Below, one piece after another: positions 51,666 through 64,000 of a stretch of 64,000 bases of DNA. A program made the translations under genes and the position numbers. The notes below the pieces were generated by a model. That model searched no databases, was not told the origin of the DNA, and worked only from the letters and a program-made list of their open reading frames with translations. Positions within the stretch are counted from its first letter, which is position 1. Every line of letters begins with the position of its first letter. Origin of the DNA: the human T2T-CHM13v2.0 reference genome, Homo sapiens; the NCBI RefSeq assembly GCF_009914755.1, contig NC_060944.1; one strand, written 5' to 3'.

Positions 51666-53460
51666 TAAAGGCCACCACTGGAAGTAATTTGCTGTTTTCA
51701 CATCGATTTGTATATTCCTCCTTTCCATGTGCTTCTTTGATCACATATTATTCATAAACCTTGTGACTGTTTTTCATGCCTAACATTTGGTCACAATTTT
51801 GGCTTTTTCCTTCTTATCCCTCCCCCCGCCCAACTGGAGTTTAATTTATTTTCCTATATGGTCCTGTCAGCAGAACTGTTCAGAGAATTTGGGCAAATCA
51901 GGACTTCCTGAGAGAGTTTTACTTGAATTGCCTGTAAGTCTGTAAATGTTGTGGGGCATAGAATGATAGGAAAGACCTCTGGTTTTCAATGCTGAAGGCT
52001 TTTTATTGTTAAGATATCCAAAATAGGCATAGCATGTTTAAAAGTAAAAACCCTGGACCTGCTCTCTCTCTTTCATCTGAAATTATGTGTTTGCCAGAGT
52101 ATAATAGCTCTAGACAGGAAGTTATGCCCTCAGGGCATAATTCTTGCAAGGGAGAGAATAAAAAGTTTAGACTCATGTCACATCCTGAATCTCAATCCCT
52201 TCATGTCTGGGCAATCTGCAGGGAGAACTTTTGTTCTAGTCTTCTTTGCCAGAGAGAACTCTGGGGTTAGCATTTTAGTCCACAGTCCCCTGATGAATAT
52301 TTATTGAGTGCAGAGTGCAATGAGGATATGGAGGTGAAGGTGGTGTGGCCTGTGTCTTCAAGGAGCGGTGTCCCTATAGTTGTCAGAAAGAAACTCCAGG
52401 AAAATCCTAAAGAGGGAGTTTAAAATTGCAGATATCACAGTTATACAATCAGTGTTGAATTATTTCCGTTTTCCTCATGATCAGAGGCCCCTGGAGAGGC
52501 ACTCTGGCATTGTCCTAGTATTACTATCCTGTGGCTATTTCAATTATTGCTTGACTTTTTCCCAATGCTTTCACTCATCTTGTCATGGTTTGGGCTAGAG
52601 GTTCCTTCACTACACCCACTAGCAAAGGTGACAAAGCCAGATTTGTACCTAGAAAAGTCACTAAAATGCTCCATTTTCCAACTTTCCAAAAAGCAGCAAT
52701 ACTGATCATACTCATAAGTAAATAAAGCTCATTGATATTGAATTATCTCTACCCAAAAAGAATGTCCATCACAATAGTGTTCATAAATGAGAGGCCCTTC
52801 TTTGCAATACAAAGGTAAAAAATGCAACATAAAATTGTATATTGTGCTGGCAATTAATTTTTACTTATTAATACATTATAACAGTTACTTTCTGCCTGAT
52901 GTATTTGTCATTTACAAAGACACAAGACCTTATTTCCATATTTCAGTCAGTGCTTTATTTTGATCAATACTGTATTCATGTATGTAACTCTCATATCATA
53001 CTCTTGAGTTATGTTGAAGTTTTAAACAACTATTAGACAAATAATGAATGTTACATGTTGGGTACAAGCATCCTTTGAAAAATCAAGAAGATAAAAGCAA
53101 AGCCAAGAGTATATGATTCATTTTAATGTAATACTGGGATAAAAATGTGAGGATGTGATGTCAAATGGTAATAAATGCTGAGTTTTCCCAATGATATGAG
53201 ACAAATTTGACAGAATACAAAATTTTAGGAACATGTTTATAAACTAAATTAGTCTAATGTTCAATGGGAAAAGTGGAATTTGATTTATTTATGTTTTGCT
53301 TTACTGCATTTATTAATTTTTAAATACCACACAATTTATTTTCAAGGTTTATTTATCTTCATGTTTACTTGATGTAATTCTATTGCTCATTATATTGCAC
53401 AGAGCTTGTCACCTATAAGAATAAGAGTTCTATGAAAATGGATCATTTTAATGTGATAAT

Positions 53461-53626
53461 GAATGGAATAGGAGTTTAGCTTCATTTCATTTTTCATGAT
53501 AGAATTTGTTTCGGAAGTTCCTATCCTCCATATCAATGTCACGCCCAAATATTTCTGGCTTAATAGGAACTTCTGAAACAAATTCTATCGAGAAAAATGA
53601 AATGAAGTTAAATTCCTATTCCACTC
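53461..53626. repeat. Inverted repeat: 64-bp arms (58/64 complementary), 38-nt loop
   Basis: Arm 53461-53524 is the reverse complement of 53563-53626 with 6 mismatches and no gaps. Confidence 0.97.
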
Positions 53627-55948
53627 TCTGACCCCCGTCTCTCCTCTGTCTTCCTCCTGGCCTCTTGCCTCCCCGCCCTTCTCCCTCCTTCCCTCTCTTC
53701 TTTCTTTCACCGGAGGGCACTACAGCATTTAAGCTTACACCCCTGATTGAGGACCGTCCCTTTCTTAGGGACTCCAGAAGAAACACCTGCAATGTTGAGA
53801 CACGAAAGGCAAGAGTGATCCTGGAAAGCCAAATGGGTGCCTGTAGAAGAGGAAATGATGCACAGGGATTTTGCTTTGATTCATCACCAGGTTGACTAGG
53901 TGACCAGGCTTCTTACCATTCATGTGATCTGCACCTGTGATCAAAAGCCTTCTTTATATTCTGTGAGAATAAAAGAGGATGGCCACAAAATATTCTATAA
54001 TCTTCTCAGTGTATTGTACTTCATATCTACAACAATATTTTGAGCACCTACTAATATAAGGGACTGTGCCTTGTATCCAAGATAGAAAAAATAAAATAGC
54101 TCCTGCTCTATTTGGGGAAGAAGGTCAAAATCAGGGTAAGGGAATCCAGAGGAAGCAAAAACTGATACTGACGGAGTCTGTTTAAGTAAAGGCACTGAAT
54201 TGTGGAAAGGTAAAACACATATGAAGACTGGAATTCAAATAAGAAGGTCTCCCAAAAGCTGAAATGCAGAATAATGATGGTAGATAAAAATAATCTCTGA
54301 CCTGAGATGGTTTTTCATACTCTACAAACAAGATGGGATTTGTTAATAGAATACACCTACTGAAAAATGAGACTGGAGGGAGCTGGTGGGAGGAAGGAAT
54401 GGCCTGAGAGAACAGGTGGGGGAAGAATAGAGATTCAGAAAGATTCCATCAAACACTTTTGCAGCTGCCTTTCTATACTGGTTTGAAGTCCTAGTTTGCC
54501 TTGATTTACATGTGTCTAACAGTTGACTCTACTGGTATATGTGTCTCCAGCTTTAAGAAGAAGAAAAAATCCACTCTAATGACGGATATTAGTTGCCACT
54601 TAAAGATGCTCTTCAGATACTAGTGTTCCAGTTAACCATTAAAGATATATAACCCCTGTACAAGTTGGCAACCATACCAGGTCATTGATTTATTATCATT
54701 AAACTGCCTAACTAGTAGTTATGTTGAGATGAGTGCTGGGTAAAATATTACAATGAATGCTAAATGAAAAATACATCTCAGGCTTGTAAGCTCCCACCTT
54801 GTGTAGTATTTCTGTGTTCCCTGACACCCTGAAGCCTAATCGTGCCTTCTGTATAGTTTTACATGTGTAGACTCTCTTCTTCGTTACGATTTGCCAATCC
54901 CCTGTTGCTCACATTGTACTACAGCAATAATCTTTGTCATTTTTGAATTGGTGTCCAGGTGGTTGCTGTCACATTACATCCATTTTTAAATGTTGCTCAA
55001 ACCCACTGAGGTGACATGCAGTTTTCCAACAGTGTGAATTTTTTTTTTCCAAATTTTTTCTCTTCGATGGAAGAAAAATTTGCTGTCTTCTTTGACAGCT
55101 GGACAAGTAGAGATTGCAATCTCCTTTCCCTCTCAGTATTCTCTGGCAACATCATGAATAAGCAACATTTTAGATGGTTGACTTCCAAAAAATGTTTCTT
55201 GTCAAGCTCCTGTCAGGATTTTGGAAGTCAGGGAACAACTTTTTTCCAGTTGTGATTTTCTATAATTTCATTTCTGAAGTCTGAATTATGATTTTTTTTT
55301 CTTTCTGGGTTTTTTTTTCTGTAGTAAAAGGCAGGATGGGAAGAAAAAGTAGCTCAGTTCCTTTTTGTGTTGATGTAGAGGGTGGTACATCATTGGAAAT
55401 CTATAATGGGATTTTCTAAACTGGTAGTTTAATTATTGTTATATTTTAAGTTGAATTATCTCTATCATGAGCCAATGTCTAAATAACCTTACAGTAATCA
55501 TTTTTATGGTATCAGATGATTTTTTAAAATATTATTACATTTCATACTTACAAAAGATACTGGGAAATACATTAGACATTTCAGAATTTCTCTCAGTTAT
55601 GACTATGAGAATGAAAAGAAAGTCTTTTAAACAGTCCTGGGATTTTTTTTTTCTGCTGCTATCTAGTCTACTTCAAGTTGTAATTTTCAGTGGTTCTTGT
55701 TGGTAACCCCAATTTAGGCCACTCTAGAGATAGGCCTCGACAGGATTATATATAGAGAGAGAGCTCAGCTTAGTCGTTGAGAGCATGGACTCAGAAGATG
55801 GGCCAGCCCTAAACCTGATTCTGCCAGGATTCATGTGACCTTGAATAAATTTCTTACCCTCTCATTTGCTCAGTTTCCTCATCTGTATAATGAGGATAAT
55901 AAAAATCATATTTACTCCATGAGGTTGTTGTAAGAATTAACTGAGTGA

Positions 55949-56252
<304 letters not shown>

Positions 56253-57270
56253 TTAAATGAGTGAATATGTGTTAATCTCTTAGGTTAGTAGCACATAGTA
56301 GGCATTGTGATGGTAAAATAATACATACATACCTAATTTATATCCAGCCTCACATTTTGGTACTGGGAAACTGGATATCTTGTTCAACAGTGGTATTCAT
56401 AGTTTAATCTCGGCAGCAACAAAGTGCCCTGGGGTTCCTGACTGAGGTAGAAGAATTTATAAGTGTAAGCTGTTTCCATTTTAGTGTAGTCTAAGGTAAC
56501 CCTCTCCTTTCTTTTTTTCCTGTTATGAGTAAGCTTAATTTTTTTTAATATATAGAGTTTACCTTTAAAGAAGTTAACACATCATTAAGATCTAGGTACC
56601 TTCTTCAACTCTCCCCATTCACTCATTCCATTTCAATTTCATGTACTCCAATCAACTTTGGTATGTTTTGAAATGTTTATTATTATTTATCCAACTTTAG
56701 AAGGTTCTGGTAGAGTTAGTTCCTGAGGCTAGGGAAATTCTTTTAATTAATAATCTTTCTGTTAATCACCCCATAATCTCCATCAGCTCTCCAATCCACC
56801 CTGTCTGTGGCCAGACAGGACTGTGGTTTAGTTCAATTGCCGTCAGGATACACATACGCAATTCAGTGAGAATTTTGCCACCATTTTTCCTCTTTCAGAA
56901 GTTGATTACAGAATAGCCATCATTCAATGAAAGTCTACAGGCTTCTCTAATTCTCTTGCAGTTCACAGTCCTTTAGCCAACAGCAACTCTACACCATCAA
57001 AAGTAGGATTTACTGAGGTATCACTTAAATTCCCCCTTGATTTAAGTTCTTAAGTTTCAGGACCACTTAAGTATTATGAATGACAAATCAACACTCACAT
57101 AGTATTGCAGAAGTATAGCTTGAGTAAGTCTAATGGGGAACACTTTTTTTACAAGCTCAGGGTAGGGGATATTTTTTGTCACTCCCTCAAGCAAGCGAAC
57201 TACACCAGTAGAATTATAAATCGTTCTCAACTCTCCCTCCCTTTCTTTTTGTTCCACCTCCAGACCATAG

Positions 57271-57727
57271 TAGGGGTTTAAAATTTTTGGTGTTGTTGTT
57301 TACTTTTTTGGTACTTCGGGGTTACCTGTGGACCCCTTTCCAGAATATTTTACAGGCATACGATAAAGTGCAAAAACTTACTTAGGAAATCAGTTTTATG
57401 GAAATATACTGATCACGATTTTGAAAAATGTGAAGACTAATTTATGTGCTTTTATTTTAACACATTAAATAACAACAGCTAACAACAGGTCAAAAAATCA
57501 CTGCAATTCCCAAGTACTGATGGGTATAAGTGAAATATTGAGATTTCTATAGCAACTGGAATCTAATAGGAAAATAACTGTGATTTCTGCTGTTGACATA
57601 GTCACAAGTTTTCCTGAAACTACTTTGCTTTTTTCCCTCATTCACAAGTGAAGGAAATGGGAAGATTCACTCAGAGATTAGTGAAAAGGATATTTTTTTT
57701 TCTAAGTTCATGAACCCTAAGTCCCTG
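57271..57727 (+). mobile_element. hAT-Charlie element (Charlie4a/MER80-like)
   Basis: AGGGGTTTTAAAATTTTT...CCTGTGGACCCCTTTCCAGAATA...AAGTTCATGAACCC. Confidence 0.7.
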
Positions 57728-57883
57728 AGGATGCAGACATATATACATCTAGTTTTCTATCCCTGAGGAGCTTTATAGTCTACTGGGAGAGACAGGTGGC
57801 AAGGTCAAAGAGTGCTGAGAAGTGGGGCCACTATCACCCCATAATCTTCATCAGCCCTTCAATCTACCCCAAATTATCTAATA

Positions 57884-60270
57884 CAGGCACACTTCAGAGA
57901 TAGTGTGGGTTTGGTTCCAGACCACTGAAATAAAGTAAACAGCAATAAAGTAAGTTATGCAATTTTTTTGGTTTCCCAGCGCATATGGAATTTATGTTTA
58001 TATTCTACTATAGTCTATTAGGTGTATAATAGCATTATGTCTAGAAATACAATGTAAATACCTTAATTTAAAAATATTACTTAAAAAATGCTAGCAATCA
58101 TCTGAGCCTTCAACAAGTTGTAATCTTTGCAGGTGGAGGCTCTTGCCTCAGTGTTGATGGCTGCTGAATGATCAGGGTGGTGGTTGCTGAATGCTGGGAT
58201 GGATGTGGCAATTTCTTAAAATAAGAAAACAAGTTTGACACATGGATTGACTCTTCCTTTTATGAAAGATTTATCTGTAGCATGCAATGTTGTTTCATAG
58301 CATTTTACTCACAGTAGAACTTCTTTCAAAATTTGTATCAGTCCTCTCAAACCCTGCCACTGCTTTGTCAACTAAGTTTATGTAATATTCTAAATCCTTT
58401 TTTGTCATTTCAACATTGTTCATAGCATCTTCACCAGGTATAGTTTCCATCTCAAGAAACTATTTTCTTTACTCATCCATAAGAAGCAACTCTTCATTGG
58501 CTCAAGTTTTATCACAAGATTGCAGTGATTCAGTCACGTATTTAGGCTCCACATCTTCAGGCTCCAGTTATCTTGCTGTTTCCACCACATCTGCAGACTT
58601 CCTCCACTGAAGTGTTTGAAGCTGTCAAAGTCATCTGTAAGGGCTGAAATCAACTTATTCCAAACTTATGTTCCTGTTGATGTTTGAATTTTCTTCCATG
58701 AATCACAAATGTTCCTAATGATATTTAGAATGGTAAATCCTTTCCAGAAGGTTTTCAGTGTCCTTTGCCCAGATCCATTGGAGTAATCACTATCTATGTC
58801 AGCTATGGGCTTACAAAATGTATTTTTTAAATAATAAGACTTGAAAGTCAAAATTGCTCCTTGATTGATGGGCTACAGAATGGATGTTATGTTAGCATGC
58901 AAGAAAACAACATTAACGTCTTTGTACATCTTCATCAGAGCTCTTGGGTGACTGAATGCATTGTAAATGAGCAGTAATGTTTTGAAAAAAATCTTTTTTT
59001 CTGAGCAGTAGGTCTCAACAATGGGCTTAAAATATTCATTAAACCATGCTGTAAGCAGATATGCTGTCATCCAGACTTTGTTGCTCCATTTATAAAGCAC
59101 AGTTAGAGTAGATTTAACATAGTTCTTAAGGAACCAAGGATTTTTGGAATGCTCAGTGGGCACTGGCTTCAATTTAAAATCATCAGCTGCATTAGCCCAT
59201 AACAAGAGAGTCAGCCTGTTCTCTGAAGCCTTGAAGCCAGGCATTGACTTCTTCCCTCTACCTATGAAAGTCCTAGATGGTATCTTCTTCCAATAGAAGG
59301 CTGTTTTGTCTAGATTGAAAATCTGTTAGTTAGCGTAGACACTTTTATTAATTGTTTTAGCTAGATCTTCTGGATAACTTGCTGCATCAGCACTCGCTGC
59401 TTCACTTTTTACTTTTGTGTTATGGAGACAGCTTCTTTCCTTAATCCTCATGAACCAACCTCTGCTAGCTTCCAACTTTTCTCTTCCAGCTTCCTCACCA
59501 TTCTCAGACTTCATAGAATAGAAGAGAGTTAGGGTCTTGCTCTGGATTAGGCTTTGGCTTAAATGAATGTTGTGGCAGGTTTGATCTTCTATCCAGACCA
59601 CTCACACTTTCTCCGTATCAGCAGTAAAGGGCTGTTTCAGTTTCTTATCATTCGTGTGTTCACTGGAGTAGCACTTATAATTTCCTTCAGGAACTTTTCC
59701 TTCGCATTCACATCATGGGTAACTATTTGGTGCAAGAGGCCTAGCTTTTGGCCTCTCTCAGCTTTTGATGTGCCTTTCTCACTAGGCTTAATTATTTCTA
59801 ACTTTTCATGTAAAGTGAGAGATATGCAACTCCTCCTTTCACTTGAACAACTAGAGGCCATTATATAGTTATTAAGTGGCCTAATTTCAATATTGTTGTG
59901 TCTCAGCCAATCGAAAAGCCCAAGGAGAGGAAGAGAGATGGGCAATTGCTGGTTGGTGGAGCAGTGAGAACACACAATATTTATCAATTATGTTCTCCTT
60001 TTTTTATGGGCTTTATTGGTGGTGCCCAAAACAATTGCAATAGTAACATCAAAGATCACTGATCAGAGATCACTATAACAGATACAATAATAATGATAAA
60101 GTTAGAAATATTGCAAAAATTACCAAAATTGTGACACAGAGACACAAAGTAAGCATATACTGTTGGAAAAAGTGGTGCTGATAGTCTTGCTCAACACATG
60201 GTTGCCACAAACCTTCAGTTTGTAAAAAAAATGCAGTATCCGTGGAGCACAGTAAAGTAAGCTATGCCTG
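57884..60270 (-). mobile_element. Tigger1 (TcMar-Tigger/pogo) DNA transposon, near full length
   Basis: TIRs CAGGCACAC... and ...GCTATGCCTG, TA target duplication on both sides, 2387 bp, transposase fragments. Confidence 0.97.
58091..59861 (-). pseudogene. Tigger1 transposase, disrupted
   Basis: ORF pieces MASSCSSERRSCISLTLHEKLEIIK..., [38 protein letters not shown]; several stops and frameshifts. Confidence 0.93.
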
Positions 60271-61019
60271 TATTTAAAAAAATAAAATAAAAAATAGAAT
60301 AAAATCTTAGGTTGAATATTAATAAAATAATGTTTAGAAAACATTAGTATTTTTACTGTTGCATAACAAAATATCCAAATAAAACTTACATGTTTTATAT
60401 GTGAATGCCACTTTACATAATTCCCTTAGCTCTGCTTTCAAAGTACTGTTGCTGCCCAATGTCATATCCCCCTCCATCCATTTTTCTATATGGAAATTCT
60501 GGAGCCCCCACTGGGTTTTAAAACAAAAAATAGGTTAAAAGTTAATTGCAGTCTCTTAACATTATTATTATGTCAGTGCAATGCTGAGAACTTGTTGGTT
60601 GAGTGATGGTGGCAGCTGTTACACAGTGGTCATATGGCAGATTGTAACCCTGAGGCCTATCCACAATTCAAAGCTCATGTCATTGCCAGCTAGTGTGATA
60701 ACTCATACCTGGCATTTTTGTTTACTAGTGCAAATGGCACTGACATTTTGTGAAAACATTGTAAAAAGTTTGATTCATTTGGTCTATTTGAAATTAAGAC
60801 AGGCTTGATGAGCTCTAGGAGCATTCACAAATTTAAATTTATAAATAGAGATGTTAAAGTATTTTATATTACTTTGTGTCATACCATTCATAATGTACTC
60901 TTCCTTAAAAGAAAGAGGAAAAGAAAGGAGATATTAAGTTAAGTGTGTTAATAGGTTATACCAGTGTTTGCATGTTAGATAGTCATGTGGTTTAGCTTGT
61001 TACTTGGCATATGTGGCCC

Positions 61020-61185
61020 CGATTGTCACATGACAAGGCACCTGTGGTGACTGTCCTTTGTTCACAGCTGCAGCCTCAGCTCATGCCACAGTACCTGAAA
61101 CCTGGTATTTTATAAAGATTTGTTGAATGAATGTATGGGTAGGTAAATGAATGGATAGTTGGATGCCTGGGTGTGTGGATGGATA
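61020..61185 (+). mobile_element. L2 3' end, followed by a MIR fragment (about 61200-61350)
   Basis: TTTGTTCACAGCTGCAGCCTCAGCTCATGCCACAGTACCTG...ATTTGTTGAATGAATG. Confidence 0.75.
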
Positions 61186-63243
61186 GAATTTTTTTTAAAA
61201 AACCCAAAACTTCCTTAAGCTGTAGTTAGTCTACTATAACATGGAAATAATAATACGTAACTGATAAGATTATTATGTGAATTAAAAACAATAATGTATA
61301 TAAAGTACTTAGCTTGCATATAAGTGGGAAATAAATTGTAGCATTAATAAAAATATATAATTCTGGTTCTATTAAATAACTAAATATTTTTTGCCAATAA
61401 TTAAAACTGACTGCTTTTGTGAGTCTAAGAAACAGCAGTGAACTTGGATTACAGTTTTATATTCTTTGCGTCTAGAAAGTGATGTTTCATCACAAGGCAA
61501 GGGCTTTCTTCTCATGACAAAGAGCCTGATGTAGCTGCTTAATAACTGTTAGTAACACTGAAAGGATCTACAGTAAATCTGTTAGAAAGCTGTGATCAAA
61601 AATGTGAGTGCCAATCTTCAAAAGCCCATTTCAAAGCTTGTTTGCTATAATACTATGTAGTGGTTTATTTGCCTTTCTTTGTAACTCATTAAATTAAAAA
61701 TTTGGATCCATCCTCATGGGGTTTTCAGAAATGGTTTTATAATTTAGCATTCCAATGACACTTCTTATTTGCAGATTATTATATACTAGTTTTTTTGTCC
61801 CACTGTCTCACCCCAGTGTAGATTATTAAGTCCATATCATTGCAATTTGCCAAAACTCTCTGGATAAATGTCTATGAGAGCCAAGGCTCCATTTTACTTG
61901 TTTATCGAATATGGAATTAATGAACTATCTTGAAACAATGTTTATAACTAATGTTTATATGACAGAAAATTGGTGCTGATCGTAGTGTACATATGCAAAC
62001 TAATGCTATTTTGTTCCCCTTGCCTGAACTCTGGCTACACAGGCAGAATTATATTGCTGTTGTGTTCAAACTTCAAATACAATAGTAACTCCAGATGCCA
62101 TTTTTGTGTTCTTGTGAACTTGGAGTGGGTAACCAAAAGCAAACAACAAAAACAAACAAAATTGGGACAGGTGAGAGGCAGTGGCATGGAAGGGAGTGTA
62201 GGCAGGAAACAAATAATATGATGACTACAGGATACTACATTCTGATGAAGACTTTACACTTATGGATTGAACAACTGTTAGAAAAAGATCAAACATATTA
62301 TTTGCACAGGGGTAATGATTATTTTAGAATTACTTCCTGTCAGTGATAAATAGCTTTATTTAAGCAAAATCCAACCTCTTGAAATTGTTCTCCCCTTCAG
62401 TGTTATTTTTGTCATTATTTTTTCTTCACTTAAATTACATATAACTGTAAAGCTCTTTGAAAAAGTATATTATCTAAATGCATCTATTTAAATTGAATGG
62501 GTATTAAATTTATTAAACATATTTACAAAATATAAGTAAGACATGAATTTAATATGAGTCTGTTGAATTTTTCATTGTAGTTGAATGAATGAATAATATA
62601 TTCTAGTCAGCCTTTTCATTTTCTGGTGCTTCTTTTTAGCACCCATAGACTTTCATATATTGTAAACATTTTCTTCTCTATATCTAGTTTTAGAAAATAA
62701 AATGTTGGGAACACAGAATTGACTTCTGGAGACTGGGAAGTATATAACTAAAGTAATATGTGTTTGCTTTTTCTAATTTAATTTTGATTGTGGTGTGCTT
62801 AATTTATAATCTTTTAAAATGTTTTAATTTTACTCAAATAGATCTGTACATACTTTTTATACTCAATTAACATAATTATTTAGCTATCATACTTCCGTGT
62901 GTAAGATTTCTAGAGCATCGCCATAATGTAGCACTTTGGTTTGCAGGAGAGAAATTTTCATGGTACATTATTTACTTGCATTCAAGTGAAAATATTGTTA
63001 ATATTGGTTGCATTTGAAGGATTCTTTCAAAAGTACGTGGTGCTCAAGATGGATTTAAATGGAACATGCAAGAGACAGTAATAACAGAGAGATCACATTC
63101 TCTCTGTAATTTATTTTAATGCCATTACACAGGGAATTCAAGGCAGATAAAAAACTCCATTTACAGAAACCAAATGTGCAGAAATGGATTGTCATAATTC
63201 CAGATGAAATCAATAATACATACTCCCTGGCATATTTTTTATT

Positions 63244-63404
63244 AGAAATAACTTGGAAAAATTTATATTTTCTACTAAGTAAATATATGTTATAAGAAAT
63301 AACTTATATATTAAATAAATAAGTTATAAGAAATACCATATATTAAATAAATAAGTTATAAGAAATAACTTGGAAAAATTTATATTTTATACTAAGTAAA
63401 TATA
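63244..63404. repeat. Nested direct-repeat insertion scar
   Basis: 44-bp outer repeat (63244-63287 / 63361-63404, 1 mismatch) enclosing two 32-34-bp inner units. Confidence 0.92.
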
Positions 63405-64000
63405 CAATCATAGCCTTAAGATCTTTTGCAGCATTACTTTCCCCTTGATGAATTACAATGCAATTTTCTAGCCTACTAATTTTATTAAGGAAGCTAATGA
63501 CTGGAGCAAAAGTCTAATCAGCTGCCAATCAGGATTCCTTGAAGTGCAGAGTGTCAAATATTGAAGCAATTTTTACAACTCATAAAAGCACTTATGTTCC
63601 ATGGTATGTCATAAAACTTGTGATGAAAATCTAGCATTGATGAAGCTACCTTATTTCTCAAGTGTTTTTCCCCAAACAAACAGCTTTCAAATTTCACCAA
63701 ATCTTTCATTAATATTCAAGTCTATTAATATAGCACTATTATGTTATCTGTTATAGTATTATATTATCCAACTATAGCAAGATAATTAGTTATATATAAA
63801 CGTCAGTCAGAGAACTTAGTGGATTCATCATAAAAGCTGTAATGGTGGAATTTTTTTTTCCATAGTAAAAAAATTGGTCTTTCTTCTGATAATGTTAGAG
63901 TGGGTTTTTGTTTTTATGTTACAGAAACAATGAGGCTGCACACTTTGCTTTCACCCTTTGCATCATTATGTTTGCATTGTTTATTTTTAACATAATGGTA

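Noticed and set aside
54900-55260. Repeat-free block that looks like a conserved enhancer, with overlapping 63 and 79 aa ORFs
   Set aside because: Conservation and function cannot be judged from one sequence; ORFs show no homology I recognise
58091-59987. TIGD1-like gene
   Set aside because: Lies within a TIR-bounded Tigger1; fragmented by stops and frameshifts with catalytic residues lost
62218-62280. C/D-box snoRNA-like motifs (ATGATGA...CTGATGA)
   Set aside because: No terminal D box (CTGA) at a suitable distance, no terminal stem and no recognisable guide
63244-63404. CRISPR-like repeat-spacer appearance
   Set aside because: Primate DNA, no unique spacers and no cas genes; explained by local duplication

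Overview
AT-rich primate (very probably human) non-coding DNA. No host protein-coding exon can be supported; the ORFs supplied come from Alu, ERV or Tigger1 sequence, from low-complexity sequence, or are chance ORFs. The window is a layered transposon landscape: about 9 Alus (J, S and Y types), many MIR and L2 relics, old L1M fragments, MaLR LTRs (MLT1), ERV1 solo LTRs (two MER61-type, one LTR54-like), a degenerate two-LTR ERV-L-class provirus (LTR16A/HERV16-type, about 40.1-44.9 kb, with gag, RT, RNase H, integrase and dUTPase remnants), hAT MITEs and a near full-length dead Tigger1 (57884-60270). Composition looks T>A and G>C on the + strand, which would fit an intron of a + strand gene (eyeballed, not computed). 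The most unusual signals are: (1) a tail-less antisense Alu whose start and internal deletion both fall on known Alu splice sites (possible spliced-RNA-templated insertion, about 5.7-6.0 kb); (2) a 64-bp-arm inverted repeat that I cannot assign to any repeat family (53461-53626); (3) a 499-bp, ~96% identical non-tandem local duplication (7878-8376 / 9946-10444); (4) a heavily eroded RTE-clade LINE reverse-transcriptase fossil (about 26.7-27.3 kb). I found no convincing novel multi-gene system. Repeat subfamily names come from recalled consensus sequences and need RepeatMasker/Dfam confirmation.
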